Shown here one piece after another: positions 1-12,443 of a DNA stretch of 64,000 nt (its first letter is position 1; each line of letters begins with the position of its first letter). The translations under genes and the position numbers were made by a program. This stretch comes from Macrostomum lignano (Eukaryota). The stretch spans positions 14,610 through 78,609 of the forward strand of contig NIVC01003755.1 in NCBI GenBank assembly GCA_002269645.1. Reading direction: 5' to 3'. The notes below the pieces were generated by a model, which searched no databases, was not told the origin of the DNA, and saw only the letters and a program-made list of their open reading frames with translations.

Positions 1-3000
1 GAGAGTCAAGAGGGTGGAGAGTGACACATGGAGAGTCAGAGGGTGGGAAGTGGCACATGGAGAGTCAGAGGGTGGGGAGTGACACATGGAGAGTCAGAGG
101 ATGGGGGAGTGACACATGGAGAGTCAAGAGGGTGGAGAGTGACACATGGAGAGTCAGAGGGTGGCATTGTCACATGTAGAGTCAGAGGGTGGGAAGTGGC
201 ACATGGAGAGTCAAGAGGGTGGAAAGTGGCACATTGAGAGTCAGGGTGGGGAGTGTCACATGGAGAGTCAGAGGGTGGGAAGTGGCACATGGAGAGTCAG
301 AGGGTGGCATTGTCACATGCAGAGTCAAGAGGGTGGGAAGTGGCACATGGAGAGTCAAGAGGGTGGAGAGTGACACATGGAGAGTCAGAGGGTGGGAAGT
401 GGCACATGGAGAGTCAGAGGGTGGGGAGTGACACATGGAGAGTCAAGAGGGTGGAGAGTGACACATGGAGAGTCAGAGGGTGGCATTGTCACATGTAGAG
501 TCAGAGGGTGGGAAGTGGCACATGGAGAGTCAGGGGGTGGCATTGTCACATGGAGAGTCAAGAGGGTGGAAAGTGGCACATTGAGAGTCAGGGTGGGGAG
601 TGTCACATTGAGAGTCAGAGGGTGGGAAGTGGCACATGTAGAGTCAGAGGGTGGCAGTGTCACATGGAGAGTCAGAGGGTGGGGGAGTGGCACATGGAGA
701 GGATCAGAGGGTGGGGGAGTGGCACATGGAGAGGATCAGAGGGTGGGGGAGTGGCACATGGAGAGTCAGAGGGTGGGGGAGTGACACATGGAGAGTCAGA
801 GGATGGGGGAGTGTCACATGGAGAGTCAGAGGGTGGGGGAGTGACACATGGAGAGTCAGAGGATGGGGGAGTGTCACATGGAGAGTCAGAGGGTGGGGGA
901 GTGGCACATGGAGAGTCAGAGGGTGGGAGTATCACATGGAGATCGTCGAGTCCGGGTGGGGAGTGTCACATGGAGAGTCAGAGGGTGGGGGAATGGCACA
1001 TGGAGAGTCAGAGGGTGGGGGAGTGGCACATGGAGAGTCAGAGGATGGGGGAGTGTCACATGGAGAGTCAGAGGGTGGGGGAGTGGCACATGGAGAGTCA
1101 GAGGGTGGGAGTATCACATGGAGATCGTCGAGTCAGGGTGGGGAGTGTCACATGGAGAGTCAGAGGGTGGGGGAATGGCACATGGAGAGTCAGAGGGTGG
1201 GGGAGTGGCACATGGAGAGTCAGAGGATGGGGGAGTGTCACATGGAGAGTCAGAGGGTGGGGGAGTGGCACATGGAGAGTCAGAGGGTGGAGAGTGACAC
1301 ATGGAGAGTCAGAGGGTGGGGAGTGGCACATGGAGAGTCAGGGTGGAGAGTGACACATGGAGAGTCAGAGGGTGGGGAGTGGCACATGGAGAGTCAGAGG
1401 GTGGGGGGTGGCACATGGAGAGTCAGAGGGTGGGGAGTGGCACATGGAGAGTCAGGGTGGAGAGTGGCACATGGAGAGTCAGAGGGTGGGGAGTGGCACA
1501 TGGAGAGTCAGAGGGTGGGGGGTGGCACATGGAGAGTCAGAGGGTGGGAGTATCACATGGAGATCGTCGAGTCAGGGTGGGGAGTGTCACATGGAGAGTC
1601 AGAGGGTGGGGGAATGGCACATGGAGAGTCAGAGGGTGGGGGAGTGGCACATGGAGAGTCAGAGGATGGGGGAGTGTCACATGGAGAGTCAGAGGGTGGG
1701 GGAGTGGCACATGGAGAGTCAGAGGGTGGAGAGTGACACATGGAGAGTCAGAGGGTGGGGAGTGGCACATGGAGAGTCAGGGTGGAGAGTGACACATGGA
1801 GAGTCAGAGGGTGGGGAGTGGCACATGGAGAGTCAGAGGGTGGGGGTGGCACATGGAGAGTCAGAGGGTGGGGAGTGGCACATGGAGAGTCAGGGTGGAG
1901 AGTGGCACATGGAGAGTCAGAGGGTGGGGAGTGGCACATGGAGAGTCAGAGGGTGGGGGGTGGCACATGGAGAGTCAGAGGGTGGGAGTATCACATGGAG
2001 ATCGTCGAGTCAGGGTGGGGAGTGTCACATGGAGAGTCAGAGGGTGGGGGAATGGCACATGGAGAGTCAGAGGGTGGGGGAGTGGCACATGGAGAGTCAG
2101 AGGATGGGGGAGTGTCACATGGAGAGTCAGAGGGTGGGGGAGTGGCACATGGAGAGTCAGAGGGTGGAGAGTGACACATGGAGAGTCAGAGGGTGGGGAG
2201 TGGCACATGGAGAGTCAGGGTGGAGAGTGACACATGGAGAGTCAGAGGGTGGGGAGTGGCACATGGAGAGTCAGAGGGTGGGGGTGGCACATGGAGAGTC
2301 AGAGGGTGGGGAGTGGCACATGGAGAGTCAGGGTGGAGAGTGGCACATGGAGAGTCAGAGGGTGGGGAGTGGCACATGGAGAGTCAGAGGGTGGGGGGTG
2401 GCACATGGAGAGTCAGAGGGTGGGGAGTGGCACATGGAGAGTCAGGGTGGGGAGTGGCACATGGAGAGTCAGAGGGTGGAGAGTGACACATGGAGAGTCA
2501 GAGGGTGGGGAGTGGCACATGGAGAGTCAGGGTGGAGAGTGACACATGGAGAGTCAGAGGGTGGGGAGTGGCACATGGAGAGTCAGGGTGGAGAGTGACA
2601 CATGGAGAGTCAGAGGGTGGGGAGTGGCACATGGAGGGTCAGGGTGGAGAGTGGCACATGGAGAGTCGGAGGGTGGGGGAGTGGCACATGGAGAGTCAGA
2701 GGGTGGGGGAGTGTCACATGGAGAGTCAGAGGGTGGGGGGTGGCACATGGAGAGTCAGAGGGTGGAGAGTGGCACATGGAGAGTCGGAGGGTGGGGAGTG
2801 GCACATGGAGAGTCAGAGGGTGGGGGAGTGTCACATGGAGAGTCAGAGGGTGGGGGAGTGTCACATGGAGAGTCAGAGGGTGGGGGAGTGGCACATGGAG
2901 AGTCAGAGGGTGGGGAGTGGCACATGGAGAGTCAGAGGGTGGGGGAGTGTCACATGGAGAGTCAGAGGGTGGGGGTGGCACATGGAGAGTCAGAGGGTGG

Positions 3001-3015
3001 GGGAGTGGCACATGG
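1..3015. repeat. G-rich minisatellite, 26-30 bp unit (GGAGAGTCAGAGGGTGGGGAGTGGCACAT), with higher-order structure
   Basis: Directly visible tandem array running off the window start. All ORFs here are repeat translations. Confidence 0.97.
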
Positions 3016-3404
3016 AGAATCAGTGCGTATACTGTGTTTAGAATTTGTTATTAATCAATTCTCAAGCTTTCAATTCCATCAAGACTCATTGCTGAGGGAT
3101 CGACTGCATTAACTATCGATAAAAATAGCCCACAAACCTTGCGAGTCCATAAATGCGTAGTCATTATCGAATAGGCGTCCAACACTCAAGACTAGGGCGA
3201 TCACTGCAGCGTGCAGCTGACAGCTGGGCCGATCTTTGATCCGTGAAATCAGGCCGAATCGATTTTAGTTGCACGGCATGAAATAATTCAATACATTACT
3301 AAAGGGCATCAGGTTTGAATCCGCCACGAATGGGTCTGAATGATATTTTCATGGATAAGTAAGCTGGAGGACGATTCAATTACTATTACATGCAGTGCAC
3401 GGAT

Positions 3405-3520
3405 CGGCAAACTCCGGCCCTCGGGTCATTTTAAACTTCACAAGGGCCCGCCTAAGGTTTGTGTCTCTTCGTCTCTTCTCAGCTCTCTTCTCTCTAGTCT
3501 CCTCTCTCTTCTTGCAGGCT
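3405..3520 (+). repeat. Dispersed repeat fragment, homologous to 48285-48400
   Basis: Shares CCGGCCCTCnGGTCnTTTnAAACTTCACAA and TTCTCAGCTCTCTTCTCTCTA with ~48290-48380. Confidence 0.55.
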
Positions 3521-5325
3521 TGTAAAGGTTTGCAAGTTTGGGAGTTCTTAAGCTTTAAGTAGATAAAATGCTTTTGAATTGCCGAATTTTATTAGAATAA
3601 GACATTTTTAGAAACAAAGGCAAGTCAATGAATGATAGTAATTCTTAGTTCTAAGAAAAAAGTAGAACATTGTTAATAAGTTCAGAAATTTTGGGAATCT
3701 TCTGACTTCTTGCTTGGCCAGGGCACGTCCCTAGAGTATCAATGGCTCTATTGAAGTTTAGATATACAAAATCAATGCCCATTTAGAATCTCCCTATCTA
3801 ACACCCCCGTTCCCGATGCCCTGGTGGTTGACTTTAAGCTATACATATATTTGGGTTGAAGGTTCATCAAAATGAAGCTTAAATTTGAAGTCAGCACCAT
3901 CAAAAATCTCTATAGAGATGAAATTATGATCCTATAAAAACTGCAACTAATTTATCTTCAAAAAGTTCAAGAAGCCCAAGTTTGTTTTTTTGTTCCTGTC
4001 GCTCCTTAAACGTGGCTAGCTACTACACCTTTTTCAAATCTATTTTGTTAAAAGTGCAGTCAAAGTCGAACTATTTTCACATTCAATTCAGACAGTCTAT
4101 GGTAGCCCTTGGTGCAATGTGCGCATCCACTTGCATTTCTTTGAGGTGTCTGTTTCGACTCACCCGTAACGAATCAACTTGTGATATGTCCTTGAAATGT
4201 CCCCGGACTCCGCAATTCAGCTGCGTCAGTTTCACACTGCGAGTGATAATCAATGTATGCAGGAGCTAAGCACTGCAATGCGCAGTGAAAAGCTGCACTC
4301 ACAACAACGGTGTCGAGTCTTGAAAAAAAGATGAAAAATCTGTGCAGAAGCTGAATAAACAAGGCTGGTTCCTGCCTGCTCATAGTTTTCCATTAATGCA
4401 ATTTTCCTGTTTCCATTATTGGCGCCTGTCTCGAATACTCGAACCACAAAATCGGTTTAAGAAGTATCTCTCACCGCAGAATCTATCGGACTTCATCATC
4501 TAGCAAAATCGATTGAATCGAAGAAAGCTCAGCAGTTGCATCTCAGCTCTGAAGCTGCGGTTTTCAAGTTCACCATCGCAATTGGAAAACTTCATTTAGC
4601 AAAGTGTTTAATTGTTTTTCTGCATTTGCAAATCCTAGCATAAAGTGGGGCGATATCTCGACAAGGACCACTGGACAAAACCATAGACACCCATAGCGAG
4701 CGGGCTGCCGTGTTTCAATCATGCTTCAACGCGCACACCAGAAAGAATGCCGAATATAGCCTCGAAATTGGGTCAGACAGTACAGTATAGCTACACGCAC
4801 TTTTAGGCCCATAGATTTGCCAGTCTGCGGCTTTGCAACAAATCAGTAAGTAGTAGCCTTTTGACCATAGACATCTCTAGCGAGCACTTAAACTTAGTTT
4901 TCATAAGCGTGGGCTACTTACTGCAAGTTAAGGTACATGATGTTCATATGTTGGTACATTTATTTATCAGTCACACCTTTACTGGTTTCTAATTACATTA
5001 ACTTGGGCCTATTCAGGCTTGTCTGCATATTGTTTCAAGTTGTGGAAAGTCTGTCAAGTTTAAGTAAACTAGCCGAGTGGGATATAGTCATACGCTTTAA
5101 TTATAGTTTTTAAGACATTAAGCACTTATATTCTGAACATGCGCAATGCAAACAAAGTGACTGGTGTATTTTTAGTTTAACTTGGTACCGAATAAACAGT
5201 TTTCTTTTATGCTTATTAATTGTCGTAACAGTCCTGTTAAATTAGTTCAGTCAACAGGCTAAGCATTCGCTTTTCATAATCATAAGATCCTGTCTAAGAT
5301 GGCTTCCTTCTAAGTTGTCGAGCTC

Positions 5326-5772
5326 TAGTCAAGCATGGGGTCACGCAGCATCTTCATGTCGAGCGAGGGCCACGCAGCATCCTCTTGTCGAGCAAGGGGT
5401 CACGCAGCATCCTCTTGTCGAGCATGGGGTCACGCAGCATCCTCTTGTCGAGCATGGGATCGCGCAGCATCCTCTTGTCCAGCAAGGGGTCACGCAGCAT
5501 CCTCTTGTCGAGCATGGGATCACGCAGCATCCTCTTGTCCAGCATGGGATCACGCAGCATCCTCTTGTCGAGCATGGGATCCACGCAGCATCCTCTTGTC
5601 CAGCAAGGGGTCACGCAGCATCCTCTTGTCGAGCATGGGATCACGCAGCATCCTCTTGTCGAGCATGGGATCACGCAGCATCCTCTTGTCCAGCAAGGGG
5701 TCACGCAGCATCCTCTTGTCCAGCAAGGGGTCACGCAGCATCCTTTTGTCGAGCATGGGGTCACGCAGCATC
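5326..5772. repeat. 30-bp minisatellite (GTCACGCAGCATCCTCTTGTCGAGCATGGG), array A
   Basis: Visible tandem array with the same unit as 11960-12443. Confidence 0.95.
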
Positions 5773-6448
5773 GGCATCGCGTTAGAAGTCGATAGTAAAA
5801 AGGCGCCTAGAGTAATACGGAGTGTCGCATTTTTTTATTAGCTACAGGGCATCAAACAGGCATCAAAATGTAGCTGATACAATTTACAATAAGTAGATTG
5901 ATATAAATAAGGACAAAGGCTTACCAATTAGCAAAAGCGACAACAGGCAATTTTGTAGTGGCTGATGAGCCATGATCGTCTGTCTAAATGGATAGTTAAA
6001 CCGAACGAATATAGTTTACTAATTGGCTTAACAGTTATTATCAACTGATTGAATCGGTGGTTAAAAAATGTTGTGAGGCACGGACCAGACAAAGCGCCTT
6101 CTCGCTTTTATAGTCGCTTTAGAGCAGCGGTTCTGTACTGTTGGTCGACTTCTATATCTATGGCACTGCCGAAGCCATAGACGCTAATACGAGCAAAGTA
6201 GACAAATTGTACCATGACTACGTGGCTATCGGGCGGGCTGATATTCGATTATTGCCATAGACGATTTCATTTTGGCCCGAAAAGTCGCGCCGATGATGGA
6301 TTTTTTCCTTTATTCTTTCTCTATAGTTGAACTGTATAGTTTCTCACTAAATCATTATGTCTATGGTTGAAATGCGAGGGCTTCGCCCCCACACCCCCAT
6401 GCCCATACCAGTGAGCATTCACTGAAAAATCGATAATGATGGATTGAC

Positions 6449-6613
6449 AATTAGCAATCTGGAGCGGAAACGAGTTTTACCACATGAGGCCACGTAATTG
6501 TAAAGAATAAGGAGCCAGCACTGAATGTCGATGGCTCTGTCTGACTCTGTCTATGCTAGCCTGGCCTCATCAGATAAAACTGAAAAACTCGTTTCCACTC
6601 CAGGTTGCTAATT
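6449..6613. mobile_element. MITE-like hairpin element with 30-bp terminal inverted repeats
   Basis: AATTAGCAATCTGGAGCGGAAACGAGTTTT (6449-6478) and AAAACTCGTTTCCACTCCAGGTTGCTAATT (6584-6613) are 28/30 complementary. Confidence 0.7.
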
Positions 6614-7870
6614 ATAGAACTCCTTGTCAACGCCTCTAGTTCGGTCTCCTCGCTACGCGCACTCGTGCCATAGACGTTAACAACACGTAAAAAAACAATT
6701 TGTGATACTCTAATTATTGATATACAAACTCAAAAGCCTCTCTCTATTTTGGCTATGGACATCCATTGTCTTCATGCTGATGCTTAATATGAATGAAGAG
6801 GAGGTTTGAAAGATTCCTCGGTTTGGGTTAGGGTTACATTTTACACACATAAGAGGGTTTAAAAATCTGGAGAGGAACAGATATCACACGAGCTACAGTA
6901 CCATCATGCAGCCAAGAAACTGTCTGGAGTAACCATATCTTGATTGTCGAGAGGTCACAAGTTGATGCCCTTCTTCAACGGCAAACCGGCGCGAGGAGCG
7001 CATAAATGGAACAGCAAATCGAGGAACAGTCTATTGAAGATGACGCGTTTGTGAAGTAATTTACCAAAATGACTTCATTCAACTGACTGTCTGGTTTAAA
7101 CTGGACATTAAACTAAATTCGAGATGCGTGTTTACTTTTGTCTCATCGAATTATCCACGTAATTTAGAGATCCCAGAGACCATCGGGACACGATTTTAAG
7201 AAAATCTCGTTTTAGGAGCTGATCTTCTCTAAAATTTGATGCTTTCAATCTGTGATTTAAAATATGCTTCATTTAATGGTCAATGGAAGGTTAATAAGAA
7301 GCGAGATTTTAAGTTTCAAGATCAAGGTCATAAGTGTGCATAGCGCACGAGTGGCAATTTGGCGATTAACTTAAAATTCGCTTCATGTTAACTACATTGA
7401 TTGCATTGTCTATGATCGAAACCGGATTGTCAGTTAATGACCAGCCATTAGGCAGAGGTTATTACCGTGATGGGAAATTTCGATTAATGAGGCACTAAAG
7501 CACGGCTGGGAGTCGCGCGCACGAGTGTCTATGGGCGTGGCTACACGACCAAGCCGTGCTTTAGTTACTGGTACATTGTGTTTTCTGTTCGTGCATCAAT
7601 GCCTCCTTAAGATTTTCTTATTTTGCGTTTTGTCTATGGTAGTGTTCAGCGCCGTGCCGGGGGCGGAGCCCCCACATAAGCTCGCTAAAATTGAATATTC
7701 AGAAAAGTGTATGTATATACTGATGTCTATGGTATAAACTACGAGTCGTAAATGATTCATACTGTTTCATTTTTACCAGACTACCATAGACTGTCTTACG
7801 AAACAGTGCTATACAGATAGTGAATTCAGGAATGGAGAAAGGACTTCTCAGTTGACTGACGAGCTGTAAA

Positions 7871-8101
7871 ATGACTACGACCCGGCTTCTTCATTGGGAC
7901 GCTTTCCCTGGAGGAATGATAAGTGGACTTACTGGCGCCGAGATCGAGAAGTACATAGATGATTTAGACTTGAAGAAAGCTGCTGAAGCACTTTCTCTCG
8001 AGGATGTTGATCAAGTGTGTCACATTGGAACAGTTGAACAAGGAGTGTTGCGTGGCCAGTTCCGAGTGTCAAGAGAGGAGCTCAGTAGAGCGACTGAATG
8101 A
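7871..8101 (+). pseudogene. Truncated Crypton-related ORF (N-terminus only)
   Basis: RLLHWDAFPGGMISGLTGAEI aligns with [21 protein letters not shown] of the 20593 recombinase (7/21 identical plus conservative changes). CCATAGACTGT lies ~90 bp upstream of the ATG in both. Confidence 0.5.
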
Positions 8102-9326
8102 CTTCATCGACGCGAATGGATCCATTCAAGTTTGACATCGCGAAGTGTGAACGCTCTGCGTTAGCGTATGTGCTACGCAATGGCGTATGTAAATTTCAAT
8201 CAATGTCTGTTTTTTAGTCTGTCTGTAAAATAAAACTCAAATCGTTCCTTTTTTCCTGAAGCATGACCAATGGACTTGTCTTGCTTTCTCGAGTTACATT
8301 TAAACTCAAACGCTTGAAATTGGCACCTCATAGCACGACAAAAGCTGTGCTCATGGTGTCAAGAAGTTGAGTAGCATAATTTTCATGAGTCAGTTTACAT
8401 GGATAATATAGTGTATCGTATATGTATAGATATGACGAAACAGCTACGCTAACAGCTGCAATGTCAGTCAGCTTCCTGAACCAAAAATTCAAGCCAATTT
8501 TCTTCTGCCTACAGGTAACCTCAGCATGCGAATGGCTAATAAATAATTAATGAAGCCAATCAGGCATTGCTGAAGAACGCAAATCCCGCAGAAGCAACAC
8601 ACTGCGCCGCCACAAGATTTCTCGGCGATTTTAGCTAAACAAAGTACTGGGAATCTTGCAAATTGGCCAGCTACTGAAATTGCCTGCATTTAAGCTAAGC
8701 AAATATTTGAGAAGAAGTTTGTCGATGAATTCGAAGCTGTCATGTGCATACAGTAGCTTAGTTTTTTCGCGAGTTTTTCTGAAACTTCGTCTCAGCTGCC
8801 ACCTACCAGATGCAGTCTTACAAGAATAAGCTCGTGCACGAAGATTAATCTGGGCTTGCGCCATTCTCGCCCACGAGGGCCAACAACCAAGGCACAGATC
8901 GAGCGTGTACATGCTGTACCCGACGATTAGAAAGTCAGGGCCACGCTGTACTTCTGTGTGAGCGAGTCTGTCCGCGCTCAGGGGTCAGCAGAATGGACAG
9001 GACGGCTTGTTGTGCAGCTCAATTGACTCGCAAATCTGACTCACAAAGCTCACAAGGATGTCAGAGGGGATATTAACCTCCTTTTTACCTTTCCCTGAGG
9101 CGTTATATTGTTGCACACTTCTGCGACACAGTGGCTCTCTCAGTACCAAAATCCTTCGAAGGCTGCTCCAGTAGACGGATGAAACTCCGCAAAGCACTAG
9201 GCCTATTTCATTGCAAGAGTTTCTTTAAAGAGTTTCAAGTGTGTCCGAAAAAAGTTTTAGCTACTCTGTACCCATTTACTTCGTGTCCAACGGGACACCT
9301 GCGTTATTTAAGCCATTATTGCAGTA

Positions 9327-10896
9327 TTCCAAACGATTCCAAACGAATTATTCCAAACGATCTGAGGCTGCCGCCGGAGACGCCGTTGCCGGCAGAGGAG
9401 AGTTTTAATGCAGCCCCAGTCAGCACAGCCGACGTTGTGAGGCTCGCCCAACAGTCACCGGGCGGGAAAGCGCTGGGTCCGGACGAGGTGCCCATCGAGG
9501 CGCTGCGACTCCACTGTGTGGCCAGCGAGGTCGCCAGTGTGATGAACCGCGTGCTTTGCGGTGAGGCGGCACCCAACGAATGGACCACGGCACACATCGT
9601 CGCTATTCCGAAGAAGCCGTGCACCACGCGGCTTGAGGAGCACAGAGGTATATATGCCTGCAGTCCTGTGCTGTGAAGCTGTTCAACCGGATGCTGCTAT
9701 CGCGGTTGCAGCCCGTGCTGGATCCGTACTTGCGGCCTGAGCAGAACGGGTTCCGGCCCCATCGTGGCACAATGGCGCAGATCCTGGCTCTTCGCCGAGT
9801 CATCGAGGAAGCGCGGACCCGCCAGTCAAGCCTGATTTCTCTCTTTGTTGAATTCAGGAAGGCTTTCGACTCGGTCGTGAGGGCCGTGCTCCCAATGGTG
9901 CTTCGTGCGTACAACGTGCCAGAGCAGCTGATCTCCGCCGTCATGGCGCTGTATCACGGCAGGAACGCTGCTGTGCTGAAATCGGACGGCCTGTCGGATT
10001 TCTTTGAGACATCCTCTGGGGTGCTTCAGGGAAATACGCTTGCGCCGTTCTTGTTTGTCCCACGACGGCTTCCTGTTGCAGCGACGCGTGGGTCGACGTC
10101 AACCGGAAAGGCGGCTTAGCATTCTGGGCTACGCCGATGATCTCGCCCTGCTGTCATCGACCGTCGAGGGCGCCCAACGCCAGCTGGACCGGCTGGTGAG
10201 CGTTGCGGCGAGTGTCGGCCTGGTGGTCAACACGCAGAAGACCGTCGTGCTATGCGTGCCGGACGACACCGAGGCTGCAATTTTCTGCCGAGGCGCGGAC
10301 GGGCAGGTGACGAAGCTTCCGTGCTGTCAGCAGTTCGTCTACCTCGGTGGTCTGGTGCCTGACGTTCGCAAGGATCTGAGACGTCGCCGTGGACTTGCCT
10401 GGGCTGCCTTCCGTTCCGTGAGGGTTGTCCTGCAGTCCGAGGCCCTGCCCGACCGCCAGAGGGCGGCGTTGTTCCAGGCGGTGATCGAGACCGTCCTGTT
10501 GTACAACGCCGAGACCTCGACGCTGACGGACTCGCTCGAACAGCTGGTCGATGCGGCGCACGCTGGCCGGCTGCGCGCCGCCTTTAAGACCGGCTACGAG
10601 CGAGTCACCAATGCGGCACTCTATCGCCGCACTGGCCTGTCCCGCCCCAGCGAACTGTTGCGCCGTGGGAGACTCCAGCTAGCAAGCAATTTCATCCGAG
10701 CAGATTCGTACTGCCCACAGCTGGTGCAGGTGCTGCTGCTGACGCTGCAGGCACCCTACCGGCGGGGGCAGGCGCGCACTCGGCGTTTCGTTCGGACACT
10801 GCCGGCGGTGCAGCCTACGTTCGCGCCCAGGCCTTGAAACGCGCCTTGTGACGTTGTCTGCTAACTGATTGACAACGTATTTTGTTGTTGTTGTTG
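9327..10896 (+). mobile_element. 5'-truncated non-LTR retrotransposon (RTE-like LINE) with disrupted reverse transcriptase
   Basis: RT motifs are spread over three frames (KALGPDEVP, QNGFRP, FRKAFDS, GVLQG, YADD, GLVVNTQKT). The 3' end has a (TTG)n tail. A 10-bp TSD, TATTGCAGTA, sits at 9317-9326 and 10897-10906. Confidence 0.9.
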
Positions 10897-11196
10897 TATT
10901 GCAGTAACATTTCCAGAAGCTCATTTTAAAGTTAGACGATTCGCTAAATGTTGGTTAACAAAAAAATAGCAATAACCAGATTCAATATTCAGTGGCAATA
11001 ACCAAGTTTAGCAGTCTTATTACATGTAGATACGCAGATATGTAATTTTCCTGATAAAAATCTTGCGTGTTTCTCGTTGCTTCACATCCGCAAGCCAAAG
11101 TTTCCTTCAAGGCATGCATTATTTGTAGAAAGTGTGCGTTGAAGAATGGAAAGTTATTCTGAGCTGAAACCTGAACACTTCCATGATCTAAAATAT

Positions 11197-11484
11197 TAAT
11201 AATAATAATTGATTACAACTGCCCTGATGGCCAGATGAGCAACCGACAGCTCAACTGGCAGCTCATCTGAAGGCTGCGTACGGCTGTTCAGTCCAAGGAC
11301 TGGGTAGTCGCCACACACCCTCAATTACCCCAGCTAATGCTGGCACCCATTTTACAGCTGGGTGAACTGAAGCAATGCAGAGTTAAGTGTCTTGCTCAAA
11401 AACACAAATTTTTCCGAGTGGGTCGAAAATCGAACCCCCGACCTTTCAGTCGCTAGTAGGACGTTCTAACCACTGGGCTACAGC
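11197..11484 (-). mobile_element. tRNA-derived SINE with CORE-like central domain, copy 1
   Basis: The minus strand begins GCTGTAGCCCAGTGGTTAGAAC (A box) then GGTTCGATT (B box), has a central TTGAGCAAGACACTT and an (ATT)n tail. Homologous to 47820-48125. Confidence 0.85.
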
Positions 11485-11959
11485 GACTTTATGCTTTAAG
11501 ATACTCCACGAGTACAAAGCGAGTCCGCCCTAGCAGGAAGTAGGTACTCCAACCCATCACCTCTGGACCAGTAGGCGTGAAAATGGAACGCTTTTAAAGA
11601 AAATATTTTTTTGCATTGCGCCACCTGAGATTTACGTAATCAGCGTGGGTTAACTTCGAATAATCAGTAACAGCCTCGCCCAGTAATGAAAATCTAAGTT
11701 CGAAGAAAATATGCGATTTGCTACTCTCTGGCTGAGAACAAGTGCGAACAGCACTGAGAGCCAGCTTTGTAATTTCCAGCAGGTGTGAAACAGTTTAAAA
11801 TAGGAACGAGTGGGAATCGATTCAGGCCGAAAAGTGTCTAATTCGCTCGACATCCCAGGAGATCTATGGAACCGATTAAAAGCTACAAGCCAGTAAAAGT
11901 ACATTCTTGGTGTCGACTAGACCAAAACAGTTGCTCGCATCAGAGTAGAACAAATCTTC

Positions 11960-12443
11960 TAGTCCAGCATGGGGTCACGCAGCATCCGCTTGTCCAGCAT
12001 GGGGTCACGCAGCATCCGCTTGTCCAGCATGGGGTCACGCAGCATCCGCTTGTCCAGCATGGGGTCACGCAGCATCCGCTTGTCCAGCATGGGGTCACGC
12101 AGCATCCGCTTATCGAGCATGGGATCACGCAGCATCCTCTTGTCGAGCATGGGGTCACGCAGCATCCGCTTATCGAGCATGGGATCACGCAGCATCCTCT
12201 TGTCCAGCATGGGATCGCGCAGCATCCTCTTGTCGAGCATGGGGTCACGCAGCATCCTCTTGTCCAGCATGGGATCGCGCAGCATCCTCTTGTCGAGCAT
12301 GGGGTCACGCAGCATCCTCTTGTCCAGCATGGGGTCACGCAGCATCCTCTTGTCGAGCATGGGGTCACGCAGCATCCTCTTGTCGAGCATGGGGTCACGC
12401 AACATCCTCTTGTCCAGCATGGGATCGCGCAGCATCCTCTTGT
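11960..12443. repeat. 30-bp minisatellite, array B (same family as 5326-5772)
   Basis: Visible tandem array. Confidence 0.95.

Noticed and set aside
28-3112. Long ORFs (up to 413 aa) in the first array
   Set aside because: They are repeat translations open in several frames and on both strands, with no domain content.
3042-3112. Possible terminal exon (TTTAG|...EFVINQFSSFQFHQDSLLRDRLH*) of a plus-strand gene upstream of the window
   Set aside because: An acceptor-like site is present, but there is no recognisable homology and no upstream exon is visible.
3982-4447. Short ORFs on both strands
   Set aside because: No recognisable motif or splice-consistent model.
8489-9316. Cys-containing minus-strand ORF fragments, possibly a decayed transposase
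   Set aside because: Interrupted by stops, with no motif I can assign.
11400-11484. tRNA gene (also 47820-47895)
   Set aside because: The tRNA-like heads continue into a shared SINE body and tail and do not form a complete cloverleaf.
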